Below, one piece after another: positions 62,450-64,000 of a DNA stretch of 64,000 nucleotides. Position 1 is the stretch's first letter, and the number at the start of each line of letters is the position of its first letter. Below the pieces are notes generated by a model that made no database searches, was not told where the DNA came from, and was given only the letters and a program-made list of their open reading frames with translations. The stretch is from Guillardia theta CCMP2712 (lineage: Eukaryota > Protista > Cryptophyta): the NCBI RefSeq assembly GCF_000315625.1, contig NW_005434665.1, positions 1,074,463 through 1,138,462 on the forward strand, given 5' to 3'. The translations under genes were made by a program, and so were the position numbers.

Positions 62450-64000
62450 CCCACAATGGCGTGGCCGCATGCAAGATAGAGCAATGGGAATGGTAGGCGA
62501 TGGGCATGCGAGGCGCTGCGAGAGGAGGGAGGAGGAGAAGCCTGACACAAGCAGAAGAGGAGCGGAAGAAGTTGGAGGAGGCGAGCAGGAGAGCAGAAAC
62601 GGCGGGAGGGAGATTGAGTGACACTTGATTGGATCTCGTCCTCTTCGATCGAAACGACTCGTAGCGATGATAATGCGACGCTAAGACAGTCGAGACACGT
62701 GAGCAGGCATGTGGAGGGGTGGTGATATAGTTTCCTGAGCGAAGAGGTAAGATTCCGAGCAGCTGATGGAAGAGATGCTTGCGAATATCCTTGTTCTCGC
62801 CTCGTCTTGCTCAATTCGATGTGTTCGCTCACCGGGGCAGTGAGAGAAGTTACAAGAAGTCCCAGCAGCAAGACAGACAGACAGACAGACAGCCACGAGC
62901 TGACGAGAAGCAAAGAAGGAGAGGGCAAGAAGAGGAGGAAGCAAGAGAAAGCGACGAGTCTTCCCCGCCCTCCCCTGACTTGTTCTCCTCCTCTCTCTGA
63001 CTGACGCTTGCCCTCCTGCCCCCTGCAGCGCCTCCGCATGCCTGCTAGCCCCTCCAACACCCCCCCCGAGCTCGCTCCGGTCAGTCTGCTGGGCTCTGAC
63101 CAGGTCGCTGACTGAGCTGGAGGTGCTGAGCTTGGATCACGTCCTCAAGTGCGAGGGCCTGGGAGAGGTCCTGCCGTGTCGCTGCCGTGGTATGCTCTGA
63201 CGGGCTGAGCAGGGTCTGCGGGTATTCTGGGAGGAGGAGCTGAGGGCCGGGCGGGTAGAGGCAAGAGGGGAGGAGAGCTACATGCTGCTGGAGGAAGGTA
63301 AGAGGAGAGGGGACGAGACCAGGGGGACAGAGAAGGGACAGGCAAGTGAGATAGAAAGAAAGCAAGACCAAGAAGAAGAAGAAGAAGAAGAGAAATAGAA
63401 TACCAGGAGGGGAATATTTCAACCTCTTCTTCTTCATTTCACCTTCCGTATGACTGTCATGTCGACGGCGATGACCTTGTGGTGCTCAGGTGAGGATGGC
63501 TCGAGGCTCTTCTGGGACAGGCTCAACACTCAAGTCTTCCTCCGCCTCCTCGGCCGTCGCGTCGTCGGCTCGCTCATGCTCAAGGTGCGCGTCGAGCTCC
63601 TCTTGCTGCGGGCCCGTCTCGCTGCCAGGCGTGAGGCCTGCAGGCAGGCCCTCAGGACCGAGCTCAGCCTCACCCACGACCATCCCACCCGCAGGGCCCC
63701 GCGCCTCGTCTACTCCGACAAGCTCTGCATGCTGTGGAAGGCGGAGGCGAGGGCGGAGGAGCCCGCGGCGGCGGCCAAGCCCGAGAGCAAGAAGCGAGGG
63801 AGGCCGACGCTGGCGTCCAAGCAGCTGGCTCCGGGTGCTGCTGTCCTTGCTGCGTCGGCTTGAGGCGGCATGACGAGCGGCAGGGTCGTGCAAGCGGCTG
63901 TCCGCCAAGATGGTGTGCATGGCGTGCAAGGTGCTGCAGTGGAGGTGCGGAGGGCAGTGCGTCTTCGCGGGTGAGGGGGGGGCGGGGAGGAGGCGGGAGC
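62450..64000 (+). CDS. Partial multi-exon hypothetical protein (KKRGRP AT-hook/NLS-like motif), runs off the window
   Basis: Coding-like exons (LTELEVLSLDHVLKCEGLGE; GEDGSRLFWDRLNTQVFLRLLG; SKKRGRPT; KMVCMACKVLQW) with GT-AG boundaries; start unresolved. Confidence 0.5.

Overview
Eukaryotic nuclear DNA: gene-dense, with many short (~40-60 nt) spliceosomal introns and longer introns filled with GGA/CCT/ATG/GGT microsatellites. The style, plus the flagellar and putative ejectisome genes, suggests a cryptophyte alga such as Guillardia theta (inference, not confirmed). Recognisable genes: Qa-SNARE syntaxin, a bHLH-ZIP factor, CFAP65, NSE4, a CCHC zinc-knuckle protein, an F5/8C (discoidin) membrane protein, MOCS3/UBA4, a MYDGF-like protein, a secreted SAM methyltransferase, Sec23-like, a TRF-like telobox Myb, a large golgin-like coiled coil, UBC4/UBE2D, OSCP1, a degenerate kinesin, LSm6 and an ADP-ribosylglycohydrolase. 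No rRNA, tRNA or CRISPR was seen; there are two 100-N gaps. Most notable: (1) a 56-aa Tyr-heptad protein missed by the ORF track (candidate ejectisome ribbon protein); (2) an orphan protein carrying two copies of an unnamed YTQGK domain; (3) a ~515-bp foldback element with a decayed sibling copy; (4) a pseudo-kinesin; (5) an ARH protein with both a signal peptide and a PTS1; (6) recurrent TACCCC clusters upstream of gene starts. Exon structures were assembled by eye, so gene boundaries are approximate unless a stop or start is stated.
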